A DNA stretch of 59,582 bases from Emticicia sp. GTDB taxonomy: Bacteria > Bacteroidota > Bacteroidia > Cytophagales > Spirosomataceae. Below the pieces are notes generated by a model that had not been told where the DNA came from, did no database searches, and worked only from the letters and a program-made list of their open reading frames with translations. The first letter of the stretch is position 1. The number at the start of each line of letters is the position of its first letter. The translations under genes were made by a program, and so were the position numbers. This document shows, in pieces, positions 27,450-38,051 of the stretch. The stretch covers positions 1 through 59,582 of the forward strand of contig JALQYE010000004.1 in assembly GCA_023254245.1 (NCBI GenBank), written 5' to 3'.

Positions 27450-29327
27450 ATGAGGTTTATTCTGCTAATCATATTTTTGGCTTTCCAAACATTGTCGTTT
27501 GCCCAAAATTTAGCCATTCATTGGCAAAAGAGTATGGGTGGAAAAAACAATGAATATGCCTACGCCTGTACGCCAACAGCTGATGGAGGTTATGTAATTG
27601 TTGGTTCGACAAATAACAATAAAGATGGTGATGTACCTGCTTCAAAAGCATTCAGTGGTGCTGGTGGTAGTGATATTTGGGTAGTAAAACTCAACAATTG
27701 GGGCGAAATTGAATGGTCGAAGACATTTGGTGGCACACGAGACGACGTAGCGACTGATGTTTTGGAAACAAAAGATAAAGGAATTTTACTCGTGGCCACA
27801 ACAAGCTCTACCGATGGCGAAGCAACAGGTAATGGTTCTCGTGGAGGTTTGATTTTACTAAAACTAAAAACCGATGGCTCAATAGAATGGCGAAAGGTAA
27901 TAGCCAGCGGGTACAGCGTGGGTGAAATTTCTTTTGCCAGAGCCGATGCAAACTCTAAACCAACAATCAAACCCACTGCCGATGGCGGCTATATCCTCGG
28001 TGCAACCATTAATCCTATAAATACAACTGACTTTTGGTTATCAAAACTCAACGCAACAGGCGATATTCAGTGGACGAGAACGTACGGGAGTTCTTCCAAT
28101 GATTCAATGAATGAGGTTATTGCTTGTGCCGACGGGGGTTTTCTGATGGTTGGCGGAACCGAAGCTTCAAATCTTGAAATTTCGGGAGCTGGAAAAGGGT
28201 TTATTGACTTTTGCATCATGAAAACCGACGCTACTGGCCGACTAATGTGGCAAAGAGCATTGGGCGGAACTAATTTAGATATTGCTTATGCAGCCGTCGA
28301 AACCACCGATAATGCTTTTATAATCGTAGGAGAAACGAACTCGACTAATGGTGATATGACGCCAAATTTGGGCCAGAAAGATGGCGTTTTAGTAAAATAC
28401 TCAGCTACCGAAGGAAGATTACTTTGGAAAGTACTTACTGGCGGAGATGACATTGATGGCTTATATACCATCGAGAAGTCAAGCGAGGGAAGGGTTTTTG
28501 CCATGGGAATTAGTAGTTCAGTGATAGGAAAAGTAAAACCAAACGGTCCAGTGGGTGATGTTTGGGTCGTAAACGTCGAAAACTCAGGATTTATTAATAC
28601 GCATAGCATGTTTGGTGGTGCCGATTCTGACATTGCTCGTGGAGCATTTCCGACCGCCGATGGTGGATTTATTATTGCTGCAAACTCTGACTCAGTTGAC
28701 GGCGATGTAACCGAAAACAAAGGAGGAACAGATTTTTGGGCTGTAAAGATTGGGAATCAACTTCCTGCCGCTATAAAAACTTACAATGCAAGCCTTACAC
28801 CCGAACAATATGTAAAACTTACTTGGGAAACCTCAATGGAAGTACAATCGAAAAACTTCATCGTTGAGCGTAGCATAGATGGCATCAAATTTAACGTCAT
28901 GAGCCAAATAGCGGCCTCCATTAATTCAAGTACAAAGAAATCTTATTCTTATATCGACGAAAAACCATTTTTAGGTAAAAACTATTACCGATTGAAATTC
29001 TATGATGCGGCGGGGAAAGAATTTATCTACAAAACACTTACTGTAACAGTATCTGTTTTAAGTTCAGAACCCAAGGTTTCGGAGCAAAAAGTTACAATTT
29101 CCCCGAATCCCGTTGATAACGAGCGTTTTTTAATCGAAAGCTTAGATAAACCAATTACCAGTATTCAACTACTAAATATTATTGGCTTACCGATTCCTAC
29201 CGAAAGTATCGTTCTTGATAATCAAAAAACAGAGGTTTTACTTCCTAAATCTCTCCCAAAAGGGTTATATTTTCTTGTTTTAGAAAGAGACAAAGCTCCA
29301 TTCACCGAAAAAATAATTATCCGTTAA
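27450..29327 (+). CDS. T9SS type A sorting domain protein with beta-propeller repeats
   Basis: Signal peptide, repeated W.K.FGG/TADGGY/D.WVVKL units, FIVERS.DG and NYYRLK domain, C-terminal ISPNP...GLYFL...KIII. Confidence 0.88.
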   Translation: MRFILLIIFLAFQTLSFAQNLAIHWQKSMGGKNNEYAYACTPTADGGYVIVGSTNNNKDGDVPASKAFSGAGGSDIWVVKLNNWGEIEWSKTFGGTRDDVATDVLETKDKGILLVATTSSTDGEATGNGSRGGLILLKLKTDGSIEWRKVIASGYSVGEISFARADANSKPTIKPTADGGYILGATINPINTTDFWLSKLNATGDIQWTRTYGSSSNDSMNEVIACADGGFLMVGGTEASNLEISGAGKGFIDFCIMKTDATGRLMWQRALGGTNLDIAYAAVETTDNAFIIVGETNSTNGDMTPNLGQKDGVLVKYSATEGRLLWKVLTGGDDIDGLYTIEKSSEGRVFAMGISSSVIGKVKPNGPVGDVWVVNVENSGFINTHSMFGGADSDIARGAFPTADGGFIIAANSDSVDGDVTENKGGTDFWAVKIGNQLPAAIKTYNASLTPEQYVKLTWETSMEVQSKNFIVERSIDGIKFNVMSQIAASINSSTKKSYSYIDEKPFLGKNYYRLKFYDAAGKEFIYKTLTVTVSVLSSEPKVSEQKVTISPNPVDNERFLIESLDKPITSIQLLNIIGLPIPTESIVLDNQKTEVLLPKSLPKGLYFLVLERDKAPFTEKIIIR

Positions 29328-29372
29328 AATGTTTTTTGTTTAAATTAGCTTCTCAAAAGAAACTAATTTAAA

Positions 29373-30362
29373 ATGAAAAAAAATATTAAGTGGGGAGTTA
29401 TTGGTGTAGGAAAAATTGCTGAAAAATTTGCCACCGATTTGCAATCCGTAAAAAACGCCCAACTTCATGCCGTTGCCTCTTCATCTTCGCTCGAGCGAGC
29501 CAAAGATTTTGCCGAACGCTACAATGCCCCCTATTTCTACGATTCTTACGAGAGTATCTTTCAAACGCCCGATTTAGATGCTATTTACATCGCCACGCCG
29601 CACACTTCACATGCCGAAAATACACTTTTGTGTTTGAAGAATAAAGTGCCTGTTTTGTGCGAAAAACCATTTGCAATGAATTTAAAGCAAGTGCAAACGA
29701 TGGTGGAAGCTGCCCGTGAAAATGATACTTTTCTGATGGAAGCCATGTGGACAAGGTTTATTCCAGCGATTCAGAAAACATTAGACCTAATTGCCGAAGG
29801 GCGTATCGGAAAAGTACGGAATGTACAGGCTGATTTTGGCTTCAATGCTCCTTTTTTACCAGAAAAACGCTTATTAAACCCGAACCTTGGTGGTGGTGCT
29901 TTACTCGATATTGGCATTTACCCAGCCTATTTAAGCTTGCTTCTCTTAGGCTACCCTTCTGAAATACAAGCTGTAAGCAATTTTGGCAAAACTGGAATCG
30001 ATGAAACAACCAGTTTTGTATTGGGTTATAAAAATGAAGCAACGGCAAACTTGAGTTGCACACTCAACTCACGCACACGTACAGAAGCCCTAATTTATGG
30101 CGAAAATGGCTACATTCATATCGAAGGACGATTCATGGAGGCAAAACGAATAACACTTTACGAAACCGATAAAAAACCTGTAAAATTTAATTTTCCACGT
30201 AAAACCTTCGGCTATAATTTCGAGATTGAAGAAGTAAATACGTGTTTGATAGCAGGAAAGAAAGAGAGTGATAAAATGCCTCTTTCGATGAGCGTGAAGC
30301 TTATTAGCTTGTTAGATGAGGTTCGAGAAAAGGCGGGGATTTTTTATGATGGAATAGATTGA
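29373..30362 (+). CDS. Gfo/Idh/MocA family oxidoreductase
   Basis: WGVIGVGKIA, IYIATPH, VLCEKP, MEAMW, GGGALLDIGIY. Confidence 0.93.
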   Translation: MKKNIKWGVIGVGKIAEKFATDLQSVKNAQLHAVASSSSLERAKDFAERYNAPYFYDSYESIFQTPDLDAIYIATPHTSHAENTLLCLKNKVPVLCEKPFAMNLKQVQTMVEAARENDTFLMEAMWTRFIPAIQKTLDLIAEGRIGKVRNVQADFGFNAPFLPEKRLLNPNLGGGALLDIGIYPAYLSLLLLGYPSEIQAVSNFGKTGIDETTSFVLGYKNEATANLSCTLNSRTRTEALIYGENGYIHIEGRFMEAKRITLYETDKKPVKFNFPRKTFGYNFEIEEVNTCLIAGKKESDKMPLSMSVKLISLLDEVREKAGIFYDGID

Positions 30363-30433
30363 AAAACTATTCTTGTCGCAGTGGTAGAACGTCGGCATGG
30401 TTTTGAACCATACCGACGTTAAATTTTTTCAAA

Positions 30434-30853
30434 TCAATACTGCTCAATAGCTCCAAAGAAAAACGAGCCTTCGATGGCCGCATTTTCGTCTGAATCTGAA
30501 CCGTGAATGGCATTTTCGCCCATTGATTTTGCATATTTTTTACGAATCGTACCTTCTTCTGCATTCGCTGGATTTGTTGCTCCAATCAACGCACGGAAAT
30601 CTGCTACTGCGTTTTCTTTCTCCAAAATCATCGGAACGATTGGACCAGAAGACATCATTTCGCATAATTCGCCATAAAAAGGTCTTTCTTTATGTACTTC
30701 ATAGAATTTACCTGCTTGTGCTGCCGATAATTGTGTTTTTTTCATTGCCACGATTCTGAAACCTGCCGCCTCAATCATCGCCGTAATTCCACCGATGTGG
30801 TTATCCGCCACAGCATGTGGCTTAATCATGGTGAATGTTCTGTTTGTTGCCAT
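30434..30853 (-). CDS. ndk: Nucleoside diphosphate kinase
   Basis: [33 protein letters not shown]. Confidence 0.98.
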   Translation of the reverse strand: MATNRTFTMIKPHAVADNHIGGITAMIEAAGFRIVAMKKTQLSAAQAGKFYEVHKERPFYGELCEMMSSGPIVPMILEKENAVADFRALIGATNPANAEEGTIRKKYAKSMGENAIHGSDSDENAAIEGSFFFGAIEQY

Positions 30854-30912
30854 GTGTAATAATATTTTGTTTAATATTTTTTACAAAATTACTTATTTTT
30901 AGATAGATTCTA

Positions 30913-32184
30913 TCAAACCTTAAAAATCATTTTCTTTTTATCAAACCATAATAAGATTAAAAACCATATCAAAAGATAAGTCAAAGCACCCGTTAATGAT
31001 GCGTTTTTGGGTTCTGTAAAAAATGGCTCTATCCAATGGCTATAAAGCCAAGTTACTAAACCCGCCGAGGGGCTTTCGGTGTTTTCGGGTTGAGCAATTT
31101 TTATCATATTTAATGCTCTTGGAATAATTCCCGAAAAGAAAAATACCAGCATCGGATTTACACCAAAAATCACAAAAGCTTTTGTCCAAGCATTTACTTC
31201 AAGTACATCAATCAGAAAATACAATACTCCAAGAACTACCAAAGCTATTCCTGCGGCATAACATACATACGAGCTTGTCCACAGTGCTTTGTTTATTGGT
31301 AATACCTCGTTCCAGATTGTACCAATCATTACACCAATTACACCAGCCGATAGTAGATAAACTGCTTTTTTATTTTTCGGAAAATCGTTTGTGAGCAATT
31401 TTCCAGTAAAAACTCCAGCCAACCCCGTTCCGATAGCAGGTAGTGTGCTTAAAATACCTTCGGGGTCCCAAGTTTTTGACGTTACCCAAAGGTGTCCTGG
31501 TAATAGATAATTATCCAACCAAGCGGCAAGGTTTGTGCCTTTCTCAAAGTTAGCTGCCCCTACATTCGGCACATCCACGAGAGCCATCAAAGCCCAATAA
31601 ACGAGCAAGCAAGCCAAACCAATGATAATTTGCACGGTAGTATTGGTAGTAGCATAAATAATCGAGACAATCAGATAAACAATGGCTATTCGCTGCAAAA
31701 CCCCAGGTATTCTGACCGAAGCAAAATCTTCAAAGCCCCCGAAACATAGTATCATCATCAAGGCGAATAGCCCGACGGCTACATAAAGTTGTTTTTTTCG
31801 GTCGTATTCACCGAGTAATAAGATGGTTATGATAGCCGTAAAAACCAAACGAACAAGCATCAAGGGAATGCCTTCGAGCGAGCCAAGATGTATTTTTGAG
31901 AAAAAATTAAGCGATAAACCCAACAGAAATATTCTTAATGCCCGAGTTATGATTCTTTCTAAAACTGATTTATCAAACTTTTTTACGGGCATAGAAAGCA
32001 CCGTAGAGATACCAACGATGAATAAGAAAAAGGGGAAAACTAAATCGGTTGGCGTACACCCATGCCATTCGGCGTGTTCGAGTGGGGCATAGATATGACC
32101 CCAGTCGCCTGGGTTATTCACGATAGTCATGAGCATGATGGTTATGCCTCTAAAAACGTCAATTGAGGTTAGGCGTTCTTTCAT
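30913..32184 (-). CDS. HGSNAT-like (DUF5009/NagX-like) membrane acyltransferase family protein
   Basis: RLTSIDVFRG, VNNPG, HAEWHG.TPTDLVFPFFLF, GVLQRIA, DPEGILST, PINKALWTSSY; start placed at ATG 32184. Confidence 0.88.
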   Translation of the reverse strand: MKERLTSIDVFRGITIMLMTIVNNPGDWGHIYAPLEHAEWHGCTPTDLVFPFFLFIVGISTVLSMPVKKFDKSVLERIITRALRIFLLGLSLNFFSKIHLGSLEGIPLMLVRLVFTAIITILLLGEYDRKKQLYVAVGLFALMMILCFGGFEDFASVRIPGVLQRIAIVYLIVSIIYATTNTTVQIIIGLACLLVYWALMALVDVPNVGAANFEKGTNLAAWLDNYLLPGHLWVTSKTWDPEGILSTLPAIGTGLAGVFTGKLLTNDFPKNKKAVYLLSAGVIGVMIGTIWNEVLPINKALWTSSYVCYAAGIALVVLGVLYFLIDVLEVNAWTKAFVIFGVNPMLVFFFSGIIPRALNMIKIAQPENTESPSAGLVTWLYSHWIEPFFTEPKNASLTGALTYLLIWFLILLWFDKKKMIFKV

Positions 32185-32219
32185 TAAATATTTAGGGTTT
32201 GTTGATGGCTGCAAGATAA

Positions 32220-33746
32220 TCAATCTACTTGATTTTGTTGTAATTCAGCAATCAAATCAAATTCTTCGGTAAGTTTATAGCTCAATTTTTCAAAAATTGT
32301 ATAAAATTTTTGATATTTCTGATGATTAGATTGGTTAGGTTGATAAACTTTTGAAGACTGTATTGTGATTGCGGCTTCTTCCAATGAACCAAAAACGCCC
32401 ATTTCGGTCAGTGCCAACATTGCCGCACCCACATTAGCACTATCGTGGTTATCATTGATATATACTTGTTTGCCAAACATATCCGAAATAATTTGCGACC
32501 AAAGCGGTAACGTAGCATAAGTGCCATTGACATAAAGTTTATCGATTTTTCGATAAGTTTGAAGCAGTTTACCAATACTATATATTTCAAACAAAATCCC
32601 TTCGATGGTTGCTCTTACAAAATGCGATTGTTCGTGCGTAATGTTAACCCCAAAATAAACACCACGAGCGTTGGCATTCCAGAGTGGAGCTCTTTCGCCC
32701 AGTAGATAAGGCAGGAAAAGTAAACCATTGGCACCAGCCGAAACTTGGGCAGCCTCTTTGAATAAATCGTTGAGACTATCTTCAAAATCAAGGCCATTAC
32801 TAAAACTACCGAATTGTCGAGCAAACCACTCAAAAGCAACCCCTCCATTATTCGTAGGGCCACCCGAAACGTATAGTCCTTTATCTAAAATATAGTTGAA
32901 GAAACGTTGTTTTTCGTCTCTTAAAACCTCTTTTCCTGCCACCCTTACGGCCCCGCTTGATGTTATCGAAATGGTTGCCTTCCCTTCCCCGACCACACCC
33001 GAACCGAGTGTTGCGAAACATCCATCGCTGCTACCTACTATCAGCTTTGTTTTGTCTGAAAGCCTCAGAGACTTTGCTAAAGCGGGTCGAAGTCTTAGCT
33101 CTGAATTAAAAATCGAAACTGGTTTTGAAAGGTGTTCGGCCGAAATGCCCGCAAAATTAAGCGATTTACTCTCCCACGCTAACTCATAAGTATTAAAAAA
33201 ACCAGTAGCAGAAGCCAAACTATAATCAATTAGGTATTCGCCCGTAAATTGATACAAAATATATTCTTTAAGCGAAATAAACTTACTTGTTTTTGCAAAA
33301 CGCTCAGGGTCATGGTTCTTAATCCAAGTTACTTTTGCCAGCGGCGACATCGGATGGATGGGCGTACCCGTAGCTTGGTAGATTTCGGCTCCCAACGCAG
33401 ACGTTTTCAATTCTGCCGAAATCTTACTTGCCCTATTATCTGCCCAAATAATGGCATTTCCCAAAGGCGTTCCATTTTTGTCAACTGGCAAAATGCTGTG
33501 CATAGATGAACTAAAAACAACCGCTATAACCTTGCTTTTTTTCATAAATGCAGGGTCATTGAGCAAGCCTTTTAATACAAAAAGTACCGTAATAAAAACC
33601 TGTTCGGGGTCTTGCTCGCTATAATCTGGCTGCGTATGAAAGGTCGGATACGTTCCTTTACGGGCAGCAATCTGCTTGCCTTTCAAGTCAAAGGCAATAA
33701 CCCGTACTGCCGTTGTTTCGATGTCGATAGTTATAATTGTTTCCAT
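32220..33746 (-). CDS. FGGY-family gluconokinase paralogue with degenerate nucleotide-binding motifs
   Basis: SSSMHS, WADNRA, TGTPIHPMSP and LPYLLGERAP retained; DIETT, TSSGA and NGTY replace DIGTT, GTSGA and SGGF. Confidence 0.85.
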   Translation of the reverse strand: METIITIDIETTAVRVIAFDLKGKQIAARKGTYPTFHTQPDYSEQDPEQVFITVLFVLKGLLNDPAFMKKSKVIAVVFSSSMHSILPVDKNGTPLGNAIIWADNRASKISAELKTSALGAEIYQATGTPIHPMSPLAKVTWIKNHDPERFAKTSKFISLKEYILYQFTGEYLIDYSLASATGFFNTYELAWESKSLNFAGISAEHLSKPVSIFNSELRLRPALAKSLRLSDKTKLIVGSSDGCFATLGSGVVGEGKATISITSSGAVRVAGKEVLRDEKQRFFNYILDKGLYVSGGPTNNGGVAFEWFARQFGSFSNGLDFEDSLNDLFKEAAQVSAGANGLLFLPYLLGERAPLWNANARGVYFGVNITHEQSHFVRATIEGILFEIYSIGKLLQTYRKIDKLYVNGTYATLPLWSQIISDMFGKQVYINDNHDSANVGAAMLALTEMGVFGSLEEAAITIQSSKVYQPNQSNHQKYQKFYTIFEKLSYKLTEEFDLIAELQQNQVD

Positions 33747-33823
33747 AATACCCCCTCGCTCCTAATAGGGAGTGAGGGAAAATGTTTTTTTTATTTTGGT
33801 CGAAAATATTGCTAGCTCTCTTT

Positions 33824-34708
33824 TTAGGGATTAGGCGTTTTTCTAAAATATCCTGGTGTATAGCCTGTTAATTTCTTAAACGTCGTTGAAAAATGTTGTG
33901 AGGAGTAAAACCCCGTATCTAAAGCAATATCAGTCAGACTAATAGTAGTTGTTTTGAGTAGACGAATCGCCTCCGAAATTCTCAGATTTATGAGATAGTT
34001 GAGCGGTGAAAAACCCGAATATGACTTGACTTTTTCGGTGAAAGCTGTAGTGCCTAACCCCACAATAATAGCCATTTCTTCGACTGTCCACGGGTGAGCG
34101 AGGTTTTCACGCAAAATTTGGTCAAGTTTTTGGAAAGTCTGCGAAAAATCTCTGCGTTGGTTATCTTGTTTGCTCATTTGGCGAGCAATTCCAATCAATA
34201 ATTCATCAATTAGATGATTGATTCTTGTCTTAAACCCCAATTCATTACTTATAATTTCGTTTTGAATTTTGATTAACACTTCACCAACTAATTTGAAATT
34301 TTGTAGAATAGGTTTTTTATTAAGCGAAAAAAGTTTTCCGATTAGGCGTTGCTCGGTTTCCGATATTCCGCTCCAATCTCCCAAAATTAGTTCACCGTCT
34401 TCCGAAAAAAAACGAGGATTTATAGTAATTGAAAGAACCGAACCAACATCCCACATTTCTTTTGCTCCGCCAAAATGCTGCTTTGGAAAAACCAGAATTG
34501 CGTCATTCGGAAAAGCCGTAATCTGCTGGTTATCAAGCACCCAATCTAATTTCCCTTCCAAAACATAGATAATTCTCAATCCATGATTTTCTCTTAAGGG
34601 CAACGAACTTGGCAGCACATGCTGAGTCTTTTTTAGAAAAAACTCAATAAGATGCGGAAAAGCAAATAGTTCTGTCGATTTACCCTTATGAAAAGAAAAC
34701 TGAGACAT
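33824..34708 (-). CDS. AraC family transcriptional regulator
   Basis: C-terminal double HTH (WTVEEMA, SPLNYL..LRI..A..LL, IALDTGFYSSQHFS..FKK.TG.TP); N-terminal cupin-like region. Confidence 0.95.
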   Translation of the reverse strand: MSQFSFHKGKSTELFAFPHLIEFFLKKTQHVLPSSLPLRENHGLRIIYVLEGKLDWVLDNQQITAFPNDAILVFPKQHFGGAKEMWDVGSVLSITINPRFFSEDGELILGDWSGISETEQRLIGKLFSLNKKPILQNFKLVGEVLIKIQNEIISNELGFKTRINHLIDELLIGIARQMSKQDNQRRDFSQTFQKLDQILRENLAHPWTVEEMAIIVGLGTTAFTEKVKSYSGFSPLNYLINLRISEAIRLLKTTTISLTDIALDTGFYSSQHFSTTFKKLTGYTPGYFRKTPNP

Positions 34709-34854
34709 CTAATTGTTCATTATTAAAAATCACATAAAAATATTACAAATATTTCATGCAATCGTTACAAAATTCACCACTGAATTTATTTAGAAGTTTA
34801 TACCAAAAACCTTTCAGAAATTTGGTATTAATAAATAAACTTATCGTTTAACTC

Positions 34855-37800
34855 ATGAAAAAACAACTCCTATTATTTATGCTGTTGATGTGTACATCGG
34901 CAGTTCTTTACGCACAAAAAATTTCGGGAAAAGTTACCTCCTCAAAGGAAGGAGTGTTACTTCCTGGAGTTTCGGTGCAAGTAAAAGGCACAAACACTGG
35001 TACTAATACCAATTCGGATGGAAGCTATAGTGTTAATGCACCATCTAATGCTACACTTGTTTTTAGCTTTATTGGCTACAAAACTCAAGAAATTAAGGTT
35101 GGAAATCAATCAGTTATCAATGTTTCGTTAGATGAAGATGCTCAACGTCTCGATGAAGTAGTTGTTACCGCTTTAGGAATTAAGAAAGAAGCAAAAAAAT
35201 TAGGTTATGCTACCTCAACTGTCAATCGTGAACAATTAACCGAGAATCGTACACCCAATCTGATGAATGCCTTAACAGGCAAAATTGCGGGTGTGAATAT
35301 CTCGGGCTTAGGAACTGGCCCTGCTGGAACTTCAAAGATTAGAATTAGAGGCCAATCTTCTATTTCTGGGCAAAATAATCCATTAATTGTGGTCAATGGT
35401 GTGCCAATTGATAACACAAACTTTGGAACAAACCCAGGAAATGCGGGTGCTGATAACTCAATCGGCGTAAGAGGTGGCGGAAATACCTCTGATGGTGGTG
35501 ATGGTTTATCATCAATCAACCCTGATGATGTAGAAAGTATGACTGTGCTGAAAGGAGCTACTGCTGCTGCACTCTATGGTTCACGTGCCAAAGATGGCGT
35601 GATTATGATTACAACCAAATCGAAAGGTGATAACAAAGGTATAGGCGTAACTTTCAACACTAACTTTACGAATGAAACCCCTTTAGATTTTACTGATTTT
35701 CAGTATGAATATGGTCAAGGTGAAAACGGCGTAAGACCCACAACGGCCAACCCAACTTCAGGCCAATGGTCGTTCGGCGAGAAATTTCAGCCAGGCATGA
35801 CTCAAGTTTTATTCGATGGTGTTACGGTTCCTTACGAGCCACAATACAACCGCATTCGTAATTTCTATCGTAACGGGCAAAACTTTACCAATACTATTTC
35901 ATTATCAAGTTCGGGCGACAAAGGCGGCATGAACCTTTCTTTTTCAAACATGGATAACAAAGGTATTGTACCGAATAATACTTTCAACAGAAAAACACTC
36001 AATTTGGGTTTTTCATATAATTTATCGAAAAAACTAAGTTTTGCAGGAAATATCAACTACTCAAACGAGTTCAATAAGAACCCACCAAACGTTGCCAATC
36101 AAGATAACTCGATTCCGACAGCCCTCTCAAATATGGCCAACTCAATGCCTTTGAGTTTGTTGGAAGAAAAGAAATTTAACGCCGCAGGAAATGAATTTAT
36201 TTATTCAAGATTCATGAATCGTACGAACCCTTATTTCACTTTATCGGAGCAATTTCAGAATATTCGTAGAGATAGAATCTTTGGTAATGTTTCAGTAAAG
36301 TATAATCTTACTGATTGGCTTTATGTACAGGGACGTATCGGACAAGATTTTTGGTCACGTGACCAAGAGTTCAATAACTTTGCAACGGGTACAGCTTCGT
36401 TGGCTGCCGCACCTGCGGGTTTTGTGAATGGGGCGTTTACACAAGAATCCAGAAGATTTAGAGAAACCAATACCGATATCTTGATTGCGGCTTCAAAAAC
36501 TTTCGGAGACTTTGGTGTTGACGTCAATCTTGGTGGCAACCAAATGTATCGCCGTTCGGATTTGAACTCTACGGCTGTTCAAGATTTTGTTGTGAGAGGT
36601 TTATACACCGTTATGAATGGCCGTGTAAAAGACCCAATCTATGGTTTATCTGAAAGAGCCGTAAACTCTATTTATGGTTCGAGTGAATTTTCGTACAAAA
36701 ACTACTTATTTGTAAACGTAACTGCAAGAAATGACTGGTTTTCGACACTTTCTCCCGAAAATCGTAGCATTTTATATCCATCGGTTTCGGCAAGTTATGT
36801 TTTCTCGCAGTCATTTAATAATGTACCAAGTTGGTTGAATTTTGGTAAACTACGTGTTGCTTATGCCGAAGTGGGTAGCGATACTGACGTTTCACCTTAT
36901 TCAAATAATCTATTTTATGGTATTAACTCAAACCTGTTGAGTAATCCAGCAGGTGCATTGCAGCCAGTTGGTGGTTCGTCGGGCAATACACTTCCAAATG
37001 CCAATCTTCGCCCAATGCGTGCCTCAGAAAAAGAAGCTGGTATCGAGTTGAAAATGTTTAACAATCGAGTAGGTTTAGATTTTGCGGTTTATCAAAAAAT
37101 AACAACCGACCAAATCGTTTCGGCACAAATCTCTGATGCTTCTGGGTTTACAAGTACACTCATCAATAGCGGACGTAGCCGCACAAATGGTGCCGAAGCT
37201 TTATTAAATTTGGTTCCTGTAAAAACCTCTGCTTTTCAATGGGATATCACCATCAATGGTTCTTACAATAAAACAAAAGTGCTTAGCTTGTTGACAGACA
37301 CTCCTGGCGAAAGAATTACGGTCGGAACGCACGTTTTCAACGGAGAACTTCGCCAAGTAGTTGGCCAAGAAATGGGTCAAATATACGGTTTTGGCTTCCG
37401 TCGTGATGCTAATGGCCAACAAGTTTTCGGAGCAAATGGTATTCCACTTCGCACAGCCGACTTGATTTCGTATGGTAGTGCCTTACCGAAATGGGTGGGT
37501 GGTATCAATAACGCTTTTAATTACAAAGGAATCACCCTATCGGCTTTGATTGATTTCAAATTAGGAAACATGATGCTCTCTGGCTCAAACTTTAACTTCT
37601 ATCGTCATGGTTTACATAAAAATACCCTTGTTGGTCGTGATACTGGTGGTGTTATTGGTGTTGGAGTTAACGAAAAAGGCGAGCCAAACACAGTTAAAGC
37701 AAACGTACAAGATTACTGGTCGGTAGTTCGCTCATTAGCAATCATCGAGCCTGTTGTTTACAACGGAGGTTTCTGGAAACTACGCCAAATTACGGCTGGT

Positions 37801-38010
37801 TATGACTTTACAAAGTTTCTTCCTAAAAACTCAGTCATCAAAGGTGCAAAACTTAGCTTAGTTGCCAATAACGTATTATTACTCAAAAAATGGGTAGATA
37901 ATATCGACCCTGAATCGTTTGGTTATTCTTCTGATAACCTTGTTGGTATGGAGTCGCACGGTTTACCAACAACCCGAAGCATGGGCTTTAATTTGAATGT
38001 AAAATTTTAA
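34855..38010 (+). CDS. susC: SusC/RagA family TonB-linked outer membrane transporter
   Basis: EVVVTALG, PLIVVNGVP, INPDDVESMTVLKGATAAALYGSRA.DGVIMITTK, C-terminal NVKF. Confidence 0.96.
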   Translation: MKKQLLLFMLLMCTSAVLYAQKISGKVTSSKEGVLLPGVSVQVKGTNTGTNTNSDGSYSVNAPSNATLVFSFIGYKTQEIKVGNQSVINVSLDEDAQRLDEVVVTALGIKKEAKKLGYATSTVNREQLTENRTPNLMNALTGKIAGVNISGLGTGPAGTSKIRIRGQSSISGQNNPLIVVNGVPIDNTNFGTNPGNAGADNSIGVRGGGNTSDGGDGLSSINPDDVESMTVLKGATAAALYGSRAKDGVIMITTKSKGDNKGIGVTFNTNFTNETPLDFTDFQYEYGQGENGVRPTTANPTSGQWSFGEKFQPGMTQVLFDGVTVPYEPQYNRIRNFYRNGQNFTNTISLSSSGDKGGMNLSFSNMDNKGIVPNNTFNRKTLNLGFSYNLSKKLSFAGNINYSNEFNKNPPNVANQDNSIPTALSNMANSMPLSLLEEKKFNAAGNEFIYSRFMNRTNPYFTLSEQFQNIRRDRIFGNVSVKYNLTDWLYVQGRIGQDFWSRDQEFNNFATGTASLAAAPAGFVNGAFTQESRRFRETNTDILIAASKTFGDFGVDVNLGGNQMYRRSDLNSTAVQDFVVRGLYTVMNGRVKDPIYGLSERAVNSIYGSSEFSYKNYLFVNVTARNDWFSTLSPENRSILYPSVSASYVFSQSFNNVPSWLNFGKLRVAYAEVGSDTDVSPYSNNLFYGINSNLLSNPAGALQPVGGSSGNTLPNANLRPMRASEKEAGIELKMFNNRVGLDFAVYQKITTDQIVSAQISDASGFTSTLINSGRSRTNGAEALLNLVPVKTSAFQWDITINGSYNKTKVLSLLTDTPGERITVGTHVFNGELRQVVGQEMGQIYGFGFRRDANGQQVFGANGIPLRTADLISYGSALPKWVGGINNAFNYKGITLSALIDFKLGNMMLSGSNFNFYRHGLHKNTLVGRDTGGVIGVGVNEKGEPNTVKANVQDYWSVVRSLAIIEPVVYNGGFWKLRQITAGYDFTKFLPKNSVIKGAKLSLVANNVLLLKKWVDNIDPESFGYSSDNLVGMESHGLPTTRSMGFNLNVKF

Positions 38011-38051
38011 GCCGAAGATGACTAAGTAATCAATTTAAAAATGAATTTGAA

